Shown in pieces: positions 52,401 through 64,000 of a stretch of 64,000 bases of DNA (positions are counted from its first letter, which is position 1; every line of letters starts with the position of its first letter). This DNA comes from Octopus vulgaris. Taxonomy: Eukaryota. The position numbers were made by a program, and so were the translations under genes. The notes under the pieces were generated by a model. That model ran no database searches. It was not told where the DNA came from and saw only the letters and a list, made by a program, of their open reading frames with translations. Where the stretch lies: assembly GCA_951406725.2 (NCBI GenBank), contig OX597832.1, positions 7,936,001-8,000,000 of the forward strand. Reading direction: 5' to 3'.

Positions 52401-52558
52401 CGACAGGCTTCTTTCAGTTTCCGTCTACCAAATCCACTCACAAGGCTTTGGTCGGCCCGAGGTTATAGTAGAAGACACTTGCTCAAGGTGCCACGCAGTG
52501 TGACTGACCCCGGAACAATGTGGTTGATTAGCAAGCTACTTACCACACAGCCACTCCT
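52123..52558 (-). mobile_element. SINE family A, full length
   Basis: Reverse complement matches 40095-40544. Confidence 0.92.
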
Positions 52559-52619
52559 AAGCCTTAGCCATTCCTACTCCTACTGAATGAGAAATAATGA
52601 CATTCCAAGACGTTGGCAG

Positions 52620-52876
52620 ATGCAATCATATAGAAGACAGCTGAAGTGATAAGAAACACCGAAGCAGTTTTCTGAGCATGTTCTACCCTGATGTGAATCT
52701 CAATTTCTCCATGGAATTTCTCAAGTCTGGTTGTTAATGATCCAGTGTCTCAACAACTAGTGAGATGACAGCTACTTTCTTCATTGCCCACATCCATACA
52801 ATCTCATTTTTTAGTGGCACTTCTCAACCTTGTCTAGTTCTTTATCCTCGTTTGTACATCCCCAATGTATGGCAAT
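52620..52876 (-). mobile_element. Old R4/Dong-like RLE fragment, split by the CR1 insertion (other part ~54247-54350)
   Basis: Joined flanks read DAR*PDIAI...EDKELDKVEK..NEIVWMWAMRK. Confidence 0.6.
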
Positions 52877-54246
52877 ATCTAACTACCGACCGGTTTCCCT
52901 TACATCAATAATCAGCAAGATGTTCGAAACCATCCTTAAGAAAAGTATGATGCTCCACCTCCTAAACACAGCCTCTATCTCGGATTCCCAACACGGCTTC
53001 GTGCCGAAGAGATCATGCTTGACCAACTTACTAGTAATGGAAGAATTGGTGACGCGCATCCTCGATGATAGTGATGCTGTTGACATCGTTTTATTGGACT
53101 TTGCCAAAGCTTTTGACTCGGTAAACCACCGCCTATTACTTGTCAAGCTTCAAGCATATAGTTTCCATCCGGATATTATACGATGGGTTGGTGCCTTCCT
53201 CTCAGATCGCTCCTTCCAAGTCCAAGTTAATGGTTCGCGGTCCGACGTCTCCAGTGCGAGCAGTGGCGTGCCTCAAGGTTCAGTGCTTGGGCCCTTGTTG
53301 TTCTTAGTCTTCATAAATGACTTGCCCGACGACCTCACGCAACACACCCTTCTATTTGCCGACGATATCAAACTGGTCGCTTCTCGCGGTAATATAGAGG
53401 ATCTTCGTCGATGCCTCCACCAAATTTGGAAGTGGTCTAACGATTGGAACCTGTGTCTGAACGTGTCAAAGTGCTGTCATCTGCCTGTCGGCTCTACTCC
53501 TGCAACTCAACTTGATTTCGAGCCGGGTCGTCTGCTGCTGGAGAGGACCGATCAGGTAAAGGACCTGGGTATCTTGGTAGATTCCTCCTTTTCGCCTTCG
53601 GCCCAGTGCGTCCATGCTGCCGACAAAGCACGCGGAATTCTGTTCTTGATTCGACGGTCATTCGGAATGCTCACAGCAGCCATATTCCTACCACTCTATG
53701 TCACGCTGGTGAGACCCATATTGGAGTATGGGATTCAAGCCTCTTCTCCTTATCTCCTCAAAGACATACAGCATCTCGAAAGAGTCCAGAAGCTGGCTAC
53801 CCGCATGGTTCATGGTCTCAAAAATTTGTCCTACGAAGAAAGGCTGAGGACGCTCGACCTTTATTCTCTTGAAAAACGCCGCCGCCGTGGTGATCTCATT
53901 CTTGCACACAACATCATAAGCGGAAAGTGTAACCTCTCGAAAGAGCTGTTCTTCACTCCTGCTCCAGAGCGTCGGCTGCGGGGTCATTCCGAAAAGCTCT
54001 ACCTGCGACGATTTCATCTCAATCGAAGGAGAGGAGCTTTCTCCGTCCGGGTTGCGGATCCGTGGAACAAGCTGCCAGACGAGATGGTGAAGATGCCGAC
54101 GACCACTTTGTTCAAAGCCTCCCTGGACCTCAAGTGGCCTGAACTCTTTACATGAACACCACCCTGTACTTAACTCCATGTCCCCCTACATGGCCTTGCT
54201 ATTTGCTTTTGAGTCAAATTAACTAACTAACTAACTAACTAACTAA
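52877..54246 (+). mobile_element. CR1-type LINE, 5'-truncated, young
   Basis: Open RT ORF, short 3' UTR, (AACT)n tail, 4-bp TSD caat at 52873-76 and 54247-50. Confidence 0.92.
52881..54155 (+). CDS. LINE ORF2 reverse transcriptase domain and C-terminus (no endonuclease; the upstream start in the ORF track is from flanking DNA)
   Basis: NYRPVSLTS, QHGF..RSCLTNL, LDFAKAFDSV, SGVPQGSVLGPLLFLVFIND, FADDIK, VKDLGI, LERVQKLATR, RLRGH, FSVRV..WNKLP. Confidence 0.9.
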   Translation, partial: NYRPVSLTSIISKMFETILKKSMMLHLLNTASISDSQHGFVPKRSCLTNLLVMEELVTRILDDSDAVDIVLLDFAKAFDSVNHRLLLVKLQAYSFHPDIIRWVGAFLSDRSFQVQVNGSRSDVSSASSGVPQGSVLGPLLFLVFINDLPDDLTQHTLLFADDIKLVASRGNIEDLRRCLHQIWKWSNDWNLCLNVSKCCHLPVGSTPATQLDFEPGRLLLERTDQVKDLGILVDSSFSPSAQCVHAADKARGILFLIRRSFGMLTAAIFLPLYVTLVRPILEYGIQASSPYLLKDIQHLERVQKLATRMVHGLKNLSYEERLRTLDLYSLEKRRRRGDLILAHNIISGKCNLSKELFFTPAPERRLRGHSEKLYLRRFHLNRRRGAFSVRVADPWNKLPDEMVKMPTTTLFKASLDLKWPELFT

Positions 54247-55323
54247 CAATGTCTGGTTACCGAGCATCCATCTTTGATTAACAACGGATTATAAAACCTC
54301 ATAAAATCTTATATTCATTATTCTCGGAGATACTTCCTGGCGTAGGCTCGTGCCTTTTGAAGACCGTACTGTGATAGCAGCAAAGGTTTCTTTCTCTCTC
54401 TCATTCTCTCTCACTCTCTTTCTCTTCTCTTCTCTCTCTCTTTCCCTCATTATCTCTCTCTCTCTCTCTCTGTCTTTTGGGCCACAGATCCTTGCCCATT
54501 GTCGTCACTTACTTGCTGTTTCTATCCATTTCTTCAAGCTCATTCATTGCCCATCAAACAACATCTGCGCCATATCCCATTTAGAAAGAGCCCGTGTGTG
54601 TATTGCCCCGATGTTATTCTTTCCATTGAGTCTACTCTTCACATTTGACTTGATTCTTCTTCATCTCATTCTCCTTGATTTTGACTGAATTCAAAATATT
54701 CAGATATTTGTATCCATCCATCTCATTATCCCTATTTTTCTCACCATTGTGCAGTTCCTCACTACCTGATGTCTATACATACGTATTTCCGTGGTTCTTT
54801 GACGGAGGTGCAATCCTGGATGACGGAGAGACCGGAGTAGACGCTTAGCACATAAAGTATTACCAGGGACTCAGAACCCTTTACCAATCATACAAGAAAT
54901 TGGTGGAAGTCTAGCTTTAGCAATGTATAGAAAATCAGTAGCAAATGACATGTTCAGTGAGATTCGGCGTCGACGAAAACCAAATGGGTTAGTTTGTTCC
55001 GGTGGATTTTCTTGTCGGAAACTACCATGGATAACCTACACAAGTTCTTGGCCTGCTACTGCTACTGCGAGCCGCAATCAGTTTGAGATAAATTCTACGG
55101 GTAGGGATGTACAGTCCGAGATGCATGCAATTTGTCGAAACTGTTGCAATTATATTGAACGTCTACTGTCTTTCTTCTTCTTCCAATCAGGACTCACGCC
55201 ATTAGCCACAAAAAATAATCTCTAATTCGAGCCTATACTAAGCTACTAAGAATGCGTGCGGCAACTTGAAGATCCACCCACCACACGCGATAGACTGACG
55301 GTTGCATTGGTGCGAAAGCTACG

Positions 55324-55645
55324 TTGTTATGCACATTCCGTAAACGGTGGCTTTTAACGGGTGGAGAGCTGAACCATCCTGGGGTACAGAGGATTCGCAG
55401 TCTAGACTACAGTCTGAAAGTTTACCACAACATAGTGGGTTACACCATGGTTCCTCTGCTTTGTGGCAGAAGTAGGAAGAAAGAGTGAGAGGAAGTACAG
55501 CGGGGTTCACACCCCGCCCGCCGGAGCGTCATGAAGCTTAGGTGTTTTTGCTCAATAAACACACTGACAATGCCTGGTCTGGGAATCGAAACCGCGTTCT
55601 TATGACTGCGAGTCCGCTGCCCTAACCACTGGGCCAGTGTCCTTC
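55324..55645 (-). mobile_element. tRNA-derived SINE (head/body as 30078-30454, different tail)
   Basis: Shares aagagtgaga..agtacagc...ttaggtgttt..gctcaataaacac...gaatcgaaaccgcg...cctaaccactgggcca. Confidence 0.8.
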
Positions 55646-56204
55646 TACACAGCTTCTGTTGCGTGTGGGACAGATCCATGTATCGGCCGTGTATGTGGTA
55701 AAGATTATCCTTCCGCCCTCCTTTATCCGGAGACTTGATGCAGTTTTCCTTTCTCTAGTTGCTATTGTGAAAAATATTTTCAGATGGACGAGGCTGAAAT
55801 GTGATATGAGGACTTAGATATTTCTCTTTGGTAGAACCCTCATTAATTTTTCATGTGAAACTTGAAAAGTAACATGAGGGAAGAGACGGAGTTTCTGTTC
55901 CCGAGCGAATTTATGGAAATGTGACAAAAATGGCAAGAGTAAATAGTACCGCTCTAACTATCGACATGTCCGTCAGAAAGGAAAAAATTGAGAGGGCTAA
56001 GATTGTGCGTTTCCTCGATTGGGCCAAGCGAACTTGTTTCAGGAGTATCACATCATTATCAACTATTTCTTTCCTTTTTACTAATGTATACTACAGTAGG
56101 TACTAAATAATAAATAAAACTATCCTCTTCCTCCTCGCCATCATCATCATCATCATCACCAACACTACCGTCACCACTACCATCATCATCATCGTTATTA
56201 TTTT

Positions 56205-56377
56205 AGAGCATTGAACAAAATGCTGAACAGTATTCCGACTCAATAATTCAGCCGAGGTCGACTTTGCCATACCTCTTCGCGGGTTCGATAAAATAAATAT
56301 CCGTAAAGAACTGGGGTTGATGTAATTGATTTAACTCCAACCCCTAAAATTGCTGGCCTTGATCCAAAATTTGAAAT
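56205..56377 (+). mobile_element. SINE family B variant (degenerate)
   Basis: gccgaggtcgactttgcc...gttcgataaaataa...aaattgctggccttgatccaaaatttgaaa. Confidence 0.7.
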
Positions 56378-56479
56378 AATTAACAAATATTAATAACATA
56401 AATATTAACATATGCCCGCGCACACATAGGCACGCTTACATACATACATGCATATATAAATACATACATATTTACACAT

Positions 56480-56532
<53 letters not shown>

Positions 56533-56537
<5 letters not shown>

Positions 56538-56688
56538 TCTATCATTTGCAAGTAGGTAAATGTAAATTTACCCCAGCTTGATATACCGAAACAGCTGTAA
56601 ACATACTGTCATCTTTATTAAATGACTCTAAAACACCAATAATCCTAATCCACTTCTAACTGTTATTATTGCTCCATTTCTTATCGTT
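56533..56688 (+). mobile_element. Short insert in (TA)n with the 3' half of a hammerhead
   Basis: gatatacc-GAAAC-agct-GTA at 56580-56599 has the same stem III as 37502-37513; the 5' core is lost in the TA tract. Confidence 0.55.
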
Positions 56689-56692
56689 TATA

Positions 56693-56759
<67 letters not shown>

Positions 56760-56770
56760 ATATGTATGTA

Positions 56771-56809
<39 letters not shown>

Positions 56810-56826
56810 GTATGTATGTATATCTA

Positions 56827-56889
<63 letters not shown>

Positions 56890-57456
56890 GTACATACATA
56901 CATACATACATACGTACATACATATAAATATATGATACAATGATTTATATGCGCATTATCCTATGTTTACACGCAATTGTGTCTATTAGCATACATTCCT
57001 ATAAAAATATTTATCGCTATGGAAGTCTGTCTTTCATTCATATAATACACAAAATTTATGAAAACACTTTAACAGCGCACGTTGTTGATTATGTAAAAGC
57101 ATCAATTCCGCATCAACAAGTTCGTTATTATATGTTAGATTTACAGCTCGTCATTTCATAAAAGGTTTCCTGTTTATTTCTCCTGCAATGGAATGTAATT
57201 AGGAAGAATGTCTCAACTGAAAATTATTATCTGCCGGAATTTATGCAAGTAAACATGTATGTTCGTAGCTATCAGTCTATATACCCACCTACGTAACTAC
57301 CTATGTGTCTATCAGTTCATCTATCTATTCATTCTATATATCTGTCTGTCTCGAAACACTAAGGTGTGGATATAATTGTGAGCTAGACATCCACACACAT
57401 CCATGCTCTCAAAGAAACATGGGTATTGGGTATATATATATATATATATACACACG

Positions 57457-57500
<44 letters not shown>

Positions 57501-57607
57501 TATGTATATACATATATATGTACACACACCTGCATACATACATATATATATATTTATATATATATGTACACACACCTGCATAATACATATATATATATAC
57601 ATATTAG

Positions 57608-57639
<32 letters not shown>

Positions 57640-57715
57640 GATATATATATATATACATGTATATGTATATATATATATACATATATATATATATACATAC
57701 ATACATATATATATA

Positions 57716-57751
<36 letters not shown>

Positions 57752-58084
57752 TGTATATATATATATATATATACTTACATCAGTCTTTTATGTTTAAAAA
57801 CATTGATGTAGTATATGTGAATTCCAGTTTAGATAACTTCCGGCTTTTATGTATGCACGCCTATTTACATCCGTCTATTCACTCAAACACACACGTATAC
57901 ACGCATAGTGACATTAAATACACACATATATCCATAGATACAGTGAAACAACCTATGTGCATACATACGGCATATTAAATATCAGTGAACCTAATCTATA
58001 TGCAATTTTATCTCTCTTACTCTCTCTCTCTCTCTCTCTCTCTCATTCCCTCTGTTACTCTCTCCCCGCCCAACTGTGTAGCGT

Positions 58085-58545
58085 CATGTGTAAATAATGG
58101 CAACGTTGAAAATGACGTCAACCATGGAATCGGCAAAGCCGTGACTGTATTCTAGCGAATGTGTTCTATCTAGCCCTTCAACCTATCTAGCCCTTCAACC
58201 ACAAAGATTTGCTGCGCTGTGACGACATCATTTTTCCAACTGTTCTTTCATCCATATGAGACAGACAGCTAGATGTATTCCACGAAAGATGTTTCAGAAA
58301 GACTCAGAAACCGTAATGGTAAAACCACGCAACCAATGAAGATATTCTAGAGAGAGCTAACAGGAAACCACTTCGCGATTTCATTATTGAACTTGTCTGT
58401 TACATACTCCAGCTACCAGGAAAAAAAGCATTTTTATATAGCGTTCAAATGGTTACCATCTGAGAGAAGAAAAGAGGCGAATATCAAAAGCTACGTGGTG
58501 TATAACTTTCATAACTGACATAAGAGAAGGCGATATCACATGATT
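58085..58545 (+). mobile_element. RTE-like LINE fragment (decayed)
   Basis: NNGNVENDVNHGIGKA..., LDVFHERCFRK, NHATNEDILERAN. Confidence 0.65.
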
Positions 58546-58552
58546 GGATGTG

Positions 58553-58768
58553 CGAGGGGGAGCTGAATCGTTCCTGGCTTTAGGTAAAGGAAAATACAGG
58601 ACTTCGGTTAACTACGATTTTATTCAACATACTCACCTCTCAGATTCACACACTTAATTCAGCGGTCCTTCAGTTTTTCTAAGCCCTGTAAAATAACTCG
58701 GAAGTTTGGACCTCCAGCCAGGCCTTTCTGCGATACCCTTAAAGGCAGGACCTTTTCAACACTCCTCG
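58553..58768. mobile_element. mariner-derived MITE
   Basis: TIRs cgaggggg.gctgaa..gttcctgg / caggacc.tttcaacactcctcg; homologous to 17520-17736. Confidence 0.8.
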
Positions 58769-59179
58769 TAGAGAAAACTGCAGCCAACACAGACCTGTGC
58801 CATCAAATTGCTGTCCAATATGCACGAGTGAATAGGACAAACTGCTACTGAGATGCAAAGAGGGTTTTCCAATATGAACGAAAGTAGGTGAAAAGCTGTT
58901 GCTGGAGTGAAAAGAGATACATCACATGTAAAGGATAGCATTTGTGAAAGCACTACAAATTGTTCTAGCTGAAATGATAAAAAAAAAATTCTTTTCAGTT
59001 TGACATTCAGTTGTTTAGATTCGTATCAATCATGATCTATCAGACATGATCAAAAGCTTTGTAGTCAGTCTCGTTATAACAGGGATAAGAATGACTAACA
59101 TATACATAAGGCTGTAGTCTGTAATATTTGAGGGGATTAAAAGTGTTTGTAGAATGGTTGGCCATACAACTTTTTTATC

Positions 59180-59470
59180 TTCACTCTTTTACTTATTTCA
59201 CTCATTAGACCATGGCCATGCTGTGACACCGCCTTGAAGGATTGTTAGTCGACTGAAGCGACCTCAGTAATTTTGTAAGGTCTGGTACCTATTGTATCGA
59301 TCTCTTTTGCAAAACCACTAAGTTACGGGGTCAAATACACTAGAGCTGGTTGTCAAGCAGCGATAAAGATGCACACACACATGTGTATACATACATACGT
59401 TAAGTTTACGTCTACAAAATCCACTCACAATGTTTTGCTCTGCCCGTGGCTATGGTAAAAAACACTTGCC
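59180..59470 (-). mobile_element. SINE family A (old)
   Basis: tggccatgctg..caccgcctt...ctaagttacgggg...ggttgtcaagc...atccactcacaa. Confidence 0.75.
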
Positions 59471-60063
59471 GATATCTAAGTGATCCTTCCTCAACCTGTC
59501 AATACATGGAAGTTCATATAGTTAGAGATTGCCGGACCATTGTCCTAATATGTGACGGAAATATGGAGGTGCGTATGCTTCTGAGAGTATCTGTGATAAA
59601 TATCTCGACGAGGTTAGCGGACTTGACCACATCGTGAATCCCCATAGTTTCGTCGAAGAGTGCATCGCCTTCATTCTCCGCTCAGCTGGAATCATCATGA
59701 ACCAAGATAAAAATTTCTTGAGTTCGTCATGCTTCAAACATCGAGATTGCTGATGCCTGTGTATAGCTTTCCAGAGTCATAGGATGACGGATTTCTATAT
59801 TGAACGTAAAAAAAAGTCTACAATGTGGAAATGAACGAGCGTGTTTATTCTCGATGTCACGGAACCAGTCGATAACTGCGGTGCTGCAAGGTCACTTAAC
59901 CAAACCAGCCCTCCCCCACACACATACACACCCACAAGCACGCGCGCGCAACACACATACGTAACAGGAACGTATACACACACTAGTTATATGTACACAT
60001 ATACTTACACATACAAGGGATATGCACAAGCGCAAGCAATAGAGATACATACACACATTCACC

Positions 60064-60105
<42 letters not shown>

Positions 60106-60517
60106 ACATATACTCACACACCCATATACATCAGATATATACATACATGATATTCCAACCGGTTTTCTCATTAGGAAACACATAATAGATGCGCACATAC
60201 ATACGCACCGCTCATAATAGATACACAAACGCTCACATCAAATACAAGCATATACATTCACCAATGAATTGATGTCTCTATCGAACCACATCCCACCTCC
60301 TAGACTGGGAGTGGTCACTAACACCCTCTCGTACCACATGGTCATAGGAATTGCGATTGGAATACAGATTGGAATTCACGATGCTACCAAAATTAATAAA
60401 ACCAGCTTAGTTGACCAATATCTAGAAGCCAAACATGCCTTTTTCAGTTTCTAGAATTCTGGCGACGCAGGGGTCGATTTAGAAGCTTTCAAAATTTTAA
60501 GTTGCAATATCCAAAAC

Positions 60518-60578
<61 letters not shown>

Positions 60579-60587
60579 CCTATCTAC

Positions 60588-60669
<82 letters not shown>

Positions 60670-60678
60670 ATCTATCTA

Positions 60679-61095
60679 ATCCCTGGCCTGGCAGTGCTAC
60701 TGAGAAGCGCTACCCGTTCGGGATAAGCTCTACAGACACGGCTCGAGAAACACGGGGCCGACCTGCCCGAGATGCGGTCAGAGCGACGAAACCGTTCTGC
60801 ACGCACTCGTGCAGTGTCCAACAATTTCCGATTTGTGGGCTTATGTCGAACAACTGCTGTCACGTGTAGGACGAGTCGGTTTATCAGCTGAGTCTGTCAT
60901 CAATATTGTCACGCCTACTTCCTTCAAACGGGAAGGAAGAGCTATTTTCATCATCCTTGTGGCTATGGCGAAAGAATGTATCTGGTGGACGCGTCTGAAA
61001 GGATTGGAGACAAACGCTTTCCTCTCTGGTCAATCTCTCATCAACTTCTTCAAGTACCACTTGAAAAGGAAAGTGAGAGTAGAGAGGCAATTTTT
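60679..61095 (+). mobile_element. Tx1/L1-clade LINE 3' fragment (CCHC zinc knuckle)
   Basis: [35 protein letters not shown]...AKECIWWTR. Confidence 0.85.
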
Positions 61096-61099
61096 TTGC

Positions 61100-61775
61100 C
61101 ATGGACAGGAAGCTGGAACAGAGAGCCAACGTTAAATTTGAGTTAAATTTTGATAGTCTGTTACAGAGTCATTGAGCAGGTTTCAGCAAGATTATGGGCG
61201 GCGAAGCAAAGGGTCGTACAGATTGCTTCAAATGGCAAGAGAACTTCAAAAGTGGAAGAACATCTTTAGATGAAGAGGAACAAACTGGAGCACCTGTCAC
61301 AAACGTCACGCTGGAAATGTGAATAAAATTTATCAGCTTGTGCATGAGTATCGTCAGAGGTCAATCAACGCCATAACTGATGTTGTTTGTTAGTCGTCTG
61401 TGTACGAGTAGGCAATCGTAACGTCTGGATTCTTTACGACGTCGATGTAGCCCGTTGCCAAGCTCTCCTCACTCGCGGGTTTCTCGCCCAAAACAACATA
61501 GTATCGCATCCTATTTCTCAGATTTAGCAAGATGAAAATGCAGCTCAAATACTATTGTTTTAACGCTGTTGCCGGGATCAAGAGCGAATGGCAGAAGGTC
61601 TTCGACTTGCTTACGGAGAAGGACATCCAGGCCGGATTCCAAAAGTGGCAGGGACGCTGGGACGGGTTTATTGCTGTGGAAGGTGACTATTTCGAAGCGA
61701 GGATGTTAAAACCTAGGTAAATAAATTGGTTTTCATTAAACATAACTTGTCCCGGAACTCTTTGATATTACCGCG
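61100..61775 (+). mobile_element. Internally deleted mariner remnant
   Basis: EQRANVKF..CFKWQENFKSGRTSLDEE; FQKWQGRWDGFIAVEGDYFE; right TIR-like end gaactctttgatattaccgcg-TA. Confidence 0.8.
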
Positions 61776-61814
61776 TATTTGTGTGTAAGTATATACACAC
61801 ACACTCACAAACAC

Positions 61815-61845
<31 letters not shown>

Positions 61846-61888
61846 TATATGTAGTTGGAATTTACAAAAAGACAAAAGACTAAGACTC

Positions 61889-61923
<35 letters not shown>

Positions 61924-62265
61924 CACGCACAAACATATATAGACAAATATATATGCATACATACATACGTACATACATACATGCATACACACATACGTGC
62001 ATGTGAATGCATGAAACGCAGCGTAGAAAGAGACATTGAACAAAAGAACAAGAAAATGAAGAGTGGTGAGGAAACTAGTGAGTTGGAAACAGTGAATCCT
62101 GAGTGAAAATATGTGTGCATTTGTATATATATATATATATATATATATACATGCATTTATGCATATATGATGAAATACATATATAGATGTAGGTATGTAT
62201 ATACATGTACATGTATATATGTATAGGTATATTCATACATACGCTCATTCAGAGCATATACAATA

Positions 62266-62307
<42 letters not shown>

Positions 62308-63669
62308 ATGTATGTATGTATGTATATATGCACACACGCTCAAACGCGCGCGCACGCACACACATATTTATATTGAAGGAAGGAGAGAGAGATAGAGTTG
62401 GAGAGGACGAAAGAAAATGAGAAAAAGATAAAAGAATTTCAAATAGAAAACAATACATGACATTGTATGGGTTAACATCAGAAGGGGTAACACACAGGAT
62501 GTCATGGAATGAAAGATAGAAACAAGTTAATAAACGGAGACGAGAATGATAGGTTAGTGGAAAAGGACAAAAGTTATAATACAGAAAATCTGAAAGGGTT
62601 TACACATGAAATGAAGACTAAGAATAAAAATATAAATCAAAAGAACGATGAAAGTTGAATGTCAAATATGAACAAGAAAGAAAAAGAAATCAAAATTAAA
62701 AATATATAGCGAAAGTAGAAAAATTATGTGAAAATAATAGTAAAGAAACCCTACTTCTGTAAAAGATATATAACTTAAGTTGATACCATTTAATTTCCTG
62801 TCTTATGTTCACGTTTTTTTACCTCTTCCTTTGTATTATAAAATATTTCAAAGAAACTGGTTTCCGCTTTCCGTGATCATCCTTTTGTATAGAAAATATT
62901 TTTTACGTTGATTCTGACAGCAGTGTCGAATCGAGATAGGGCTGCTGGGTGAATTGAACCAGCGACTGAGATGTCATTCTCCGTTTGTTTTTCTTGTCTT
63001 TTTTTTTCTTCTCTTTATTTTTGTCAGTTTGAAAACTCTCCTCTTCCCGAGGGAAGAATGACTATCACAAATTTGTTATGCCTTCATTCTAAAATAATTT
63101 TTTGATAATTTAATAACTGACTACAGTGACTGATCAAAATTGCTTTCTGTTATTTAGTTGTAGTAAACACTTAACATAATTTAAATTCAGCCAGCATTAT
63201 CATGGGTTCAAATCTCTTTAAAACTATCATTGGTCATTTGTCGTTTTTCCAACCTCAAACATTAATCTGAAAATTTTCAAATTATATAAATATGGTATGG
63301 TTTTGCCGGCTTTTGACAAATATTGCCTTCATTCTTTTGGAATATTTATAATAAAGACGTTAGAAGCACTTACATTTACGTAGTTTTATCAGTCTATTTT
63401 ATGCCACTGTCCTCACTGTTTGTTGTTATGGCAAATTTGCTTCATTTCGTATTTTATTTTTAACCATTTCATGAATGCGTATGTCAGGGATGTGGTAGCG
63501 GAGAACGTCGGACGTCTGTGTCTATTAGAAGAAACCCGTGGTTGGAAGCGAGGAACCCTTCCACTTAGAAGTTTAATTATATTTATCTACTGCTGTGTTG
63601 ACAACCACTAGGTTTTGTCTGGATGGGCTGGGGATCAGTATGACTGCAGCAGTAGGTTATAAAAATTAT

Positions 63670-64000
63670 TTGCAGAAGGCCTGCGCAATCCAATGAAGAT
63701 TAATTGCTCCAGCAGAATTGTTGAAATAAAAGAAACAGTTTTAGGAGAAGAAAGTACAGACGAGGTCGAGTAATACTACACAAACAGTGGGTTATTGGTG
63801 GTGAGACGCAAAATTAGAGAAATTACTTTCGCAAGATCGCAATACGTTTGAAGATTGCATTCATCAATCAGTTCTACCGAGAACACGTATTTACATTGGC
63901 CGGTGGAGCGCATACTCGCATATTCATGAAATACCAGAGAACCAATTTCACCATACAACGGCGAACCACAGTTTTGAGTTTGTAAACTCACAAGTAGAAA
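63670..64000 (-). pseudogene. Possible CUB-like domain exon or pseudogene running off the window edge
   Basis: QNCGSPLYGEIGSL..Y..GQCKYVFSV..CNLQTYCD has CUB-like Cys/Gly spacing; possible donor AA|GTAATT after 63827; by-eye match only. Confidence 0.35.

Overview
AT-rich, repeat-saturated eukaryotic intergenic/intronic DNA, not prokaryotic. The SINE families and the density of (TA)n/(CA)n/(TATC)n tracts suggest a cephalopod (Octopus-like) genome; this is inferred from recognising the repeats. No intact host gene is evident, and almost all ORFs in the track are microsatellite artefacts. Recognisable content: (i) one young, 5'-truncated CR1-type LINE with an open RT frame; (ii) decayed mariner and Tc1 transposons with TIRs and TA TSDs, plus MITEs; (iii) R4/Dong-like, RTE-like and Tx1-like LINE fragments; (iv) three Penelope-like (RT/GIY-YIG) remnants; (v) more than 20 tRNA-derived SINE copies, some nested; (vi) a possible CUB-domain pseudogene at the right edge. 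The most notable hidden signal is a set of type I hammerhead ribozyme motifs. Two have an intact core (806-848 minus, 37441-37518 plus). A G3:C8-covariant pair sits inside a ~290-bp palindrome. One lies at the 3' end of a tRNA-headed SINE with a 13-bp TSD, and several more are decayed. Most are in short non-coding inserts embedded in TA microsatellites, suggesting a family of ribozyme-carrying non-autonomous elements (retrozyme-like) mobilised by Penelope elements.
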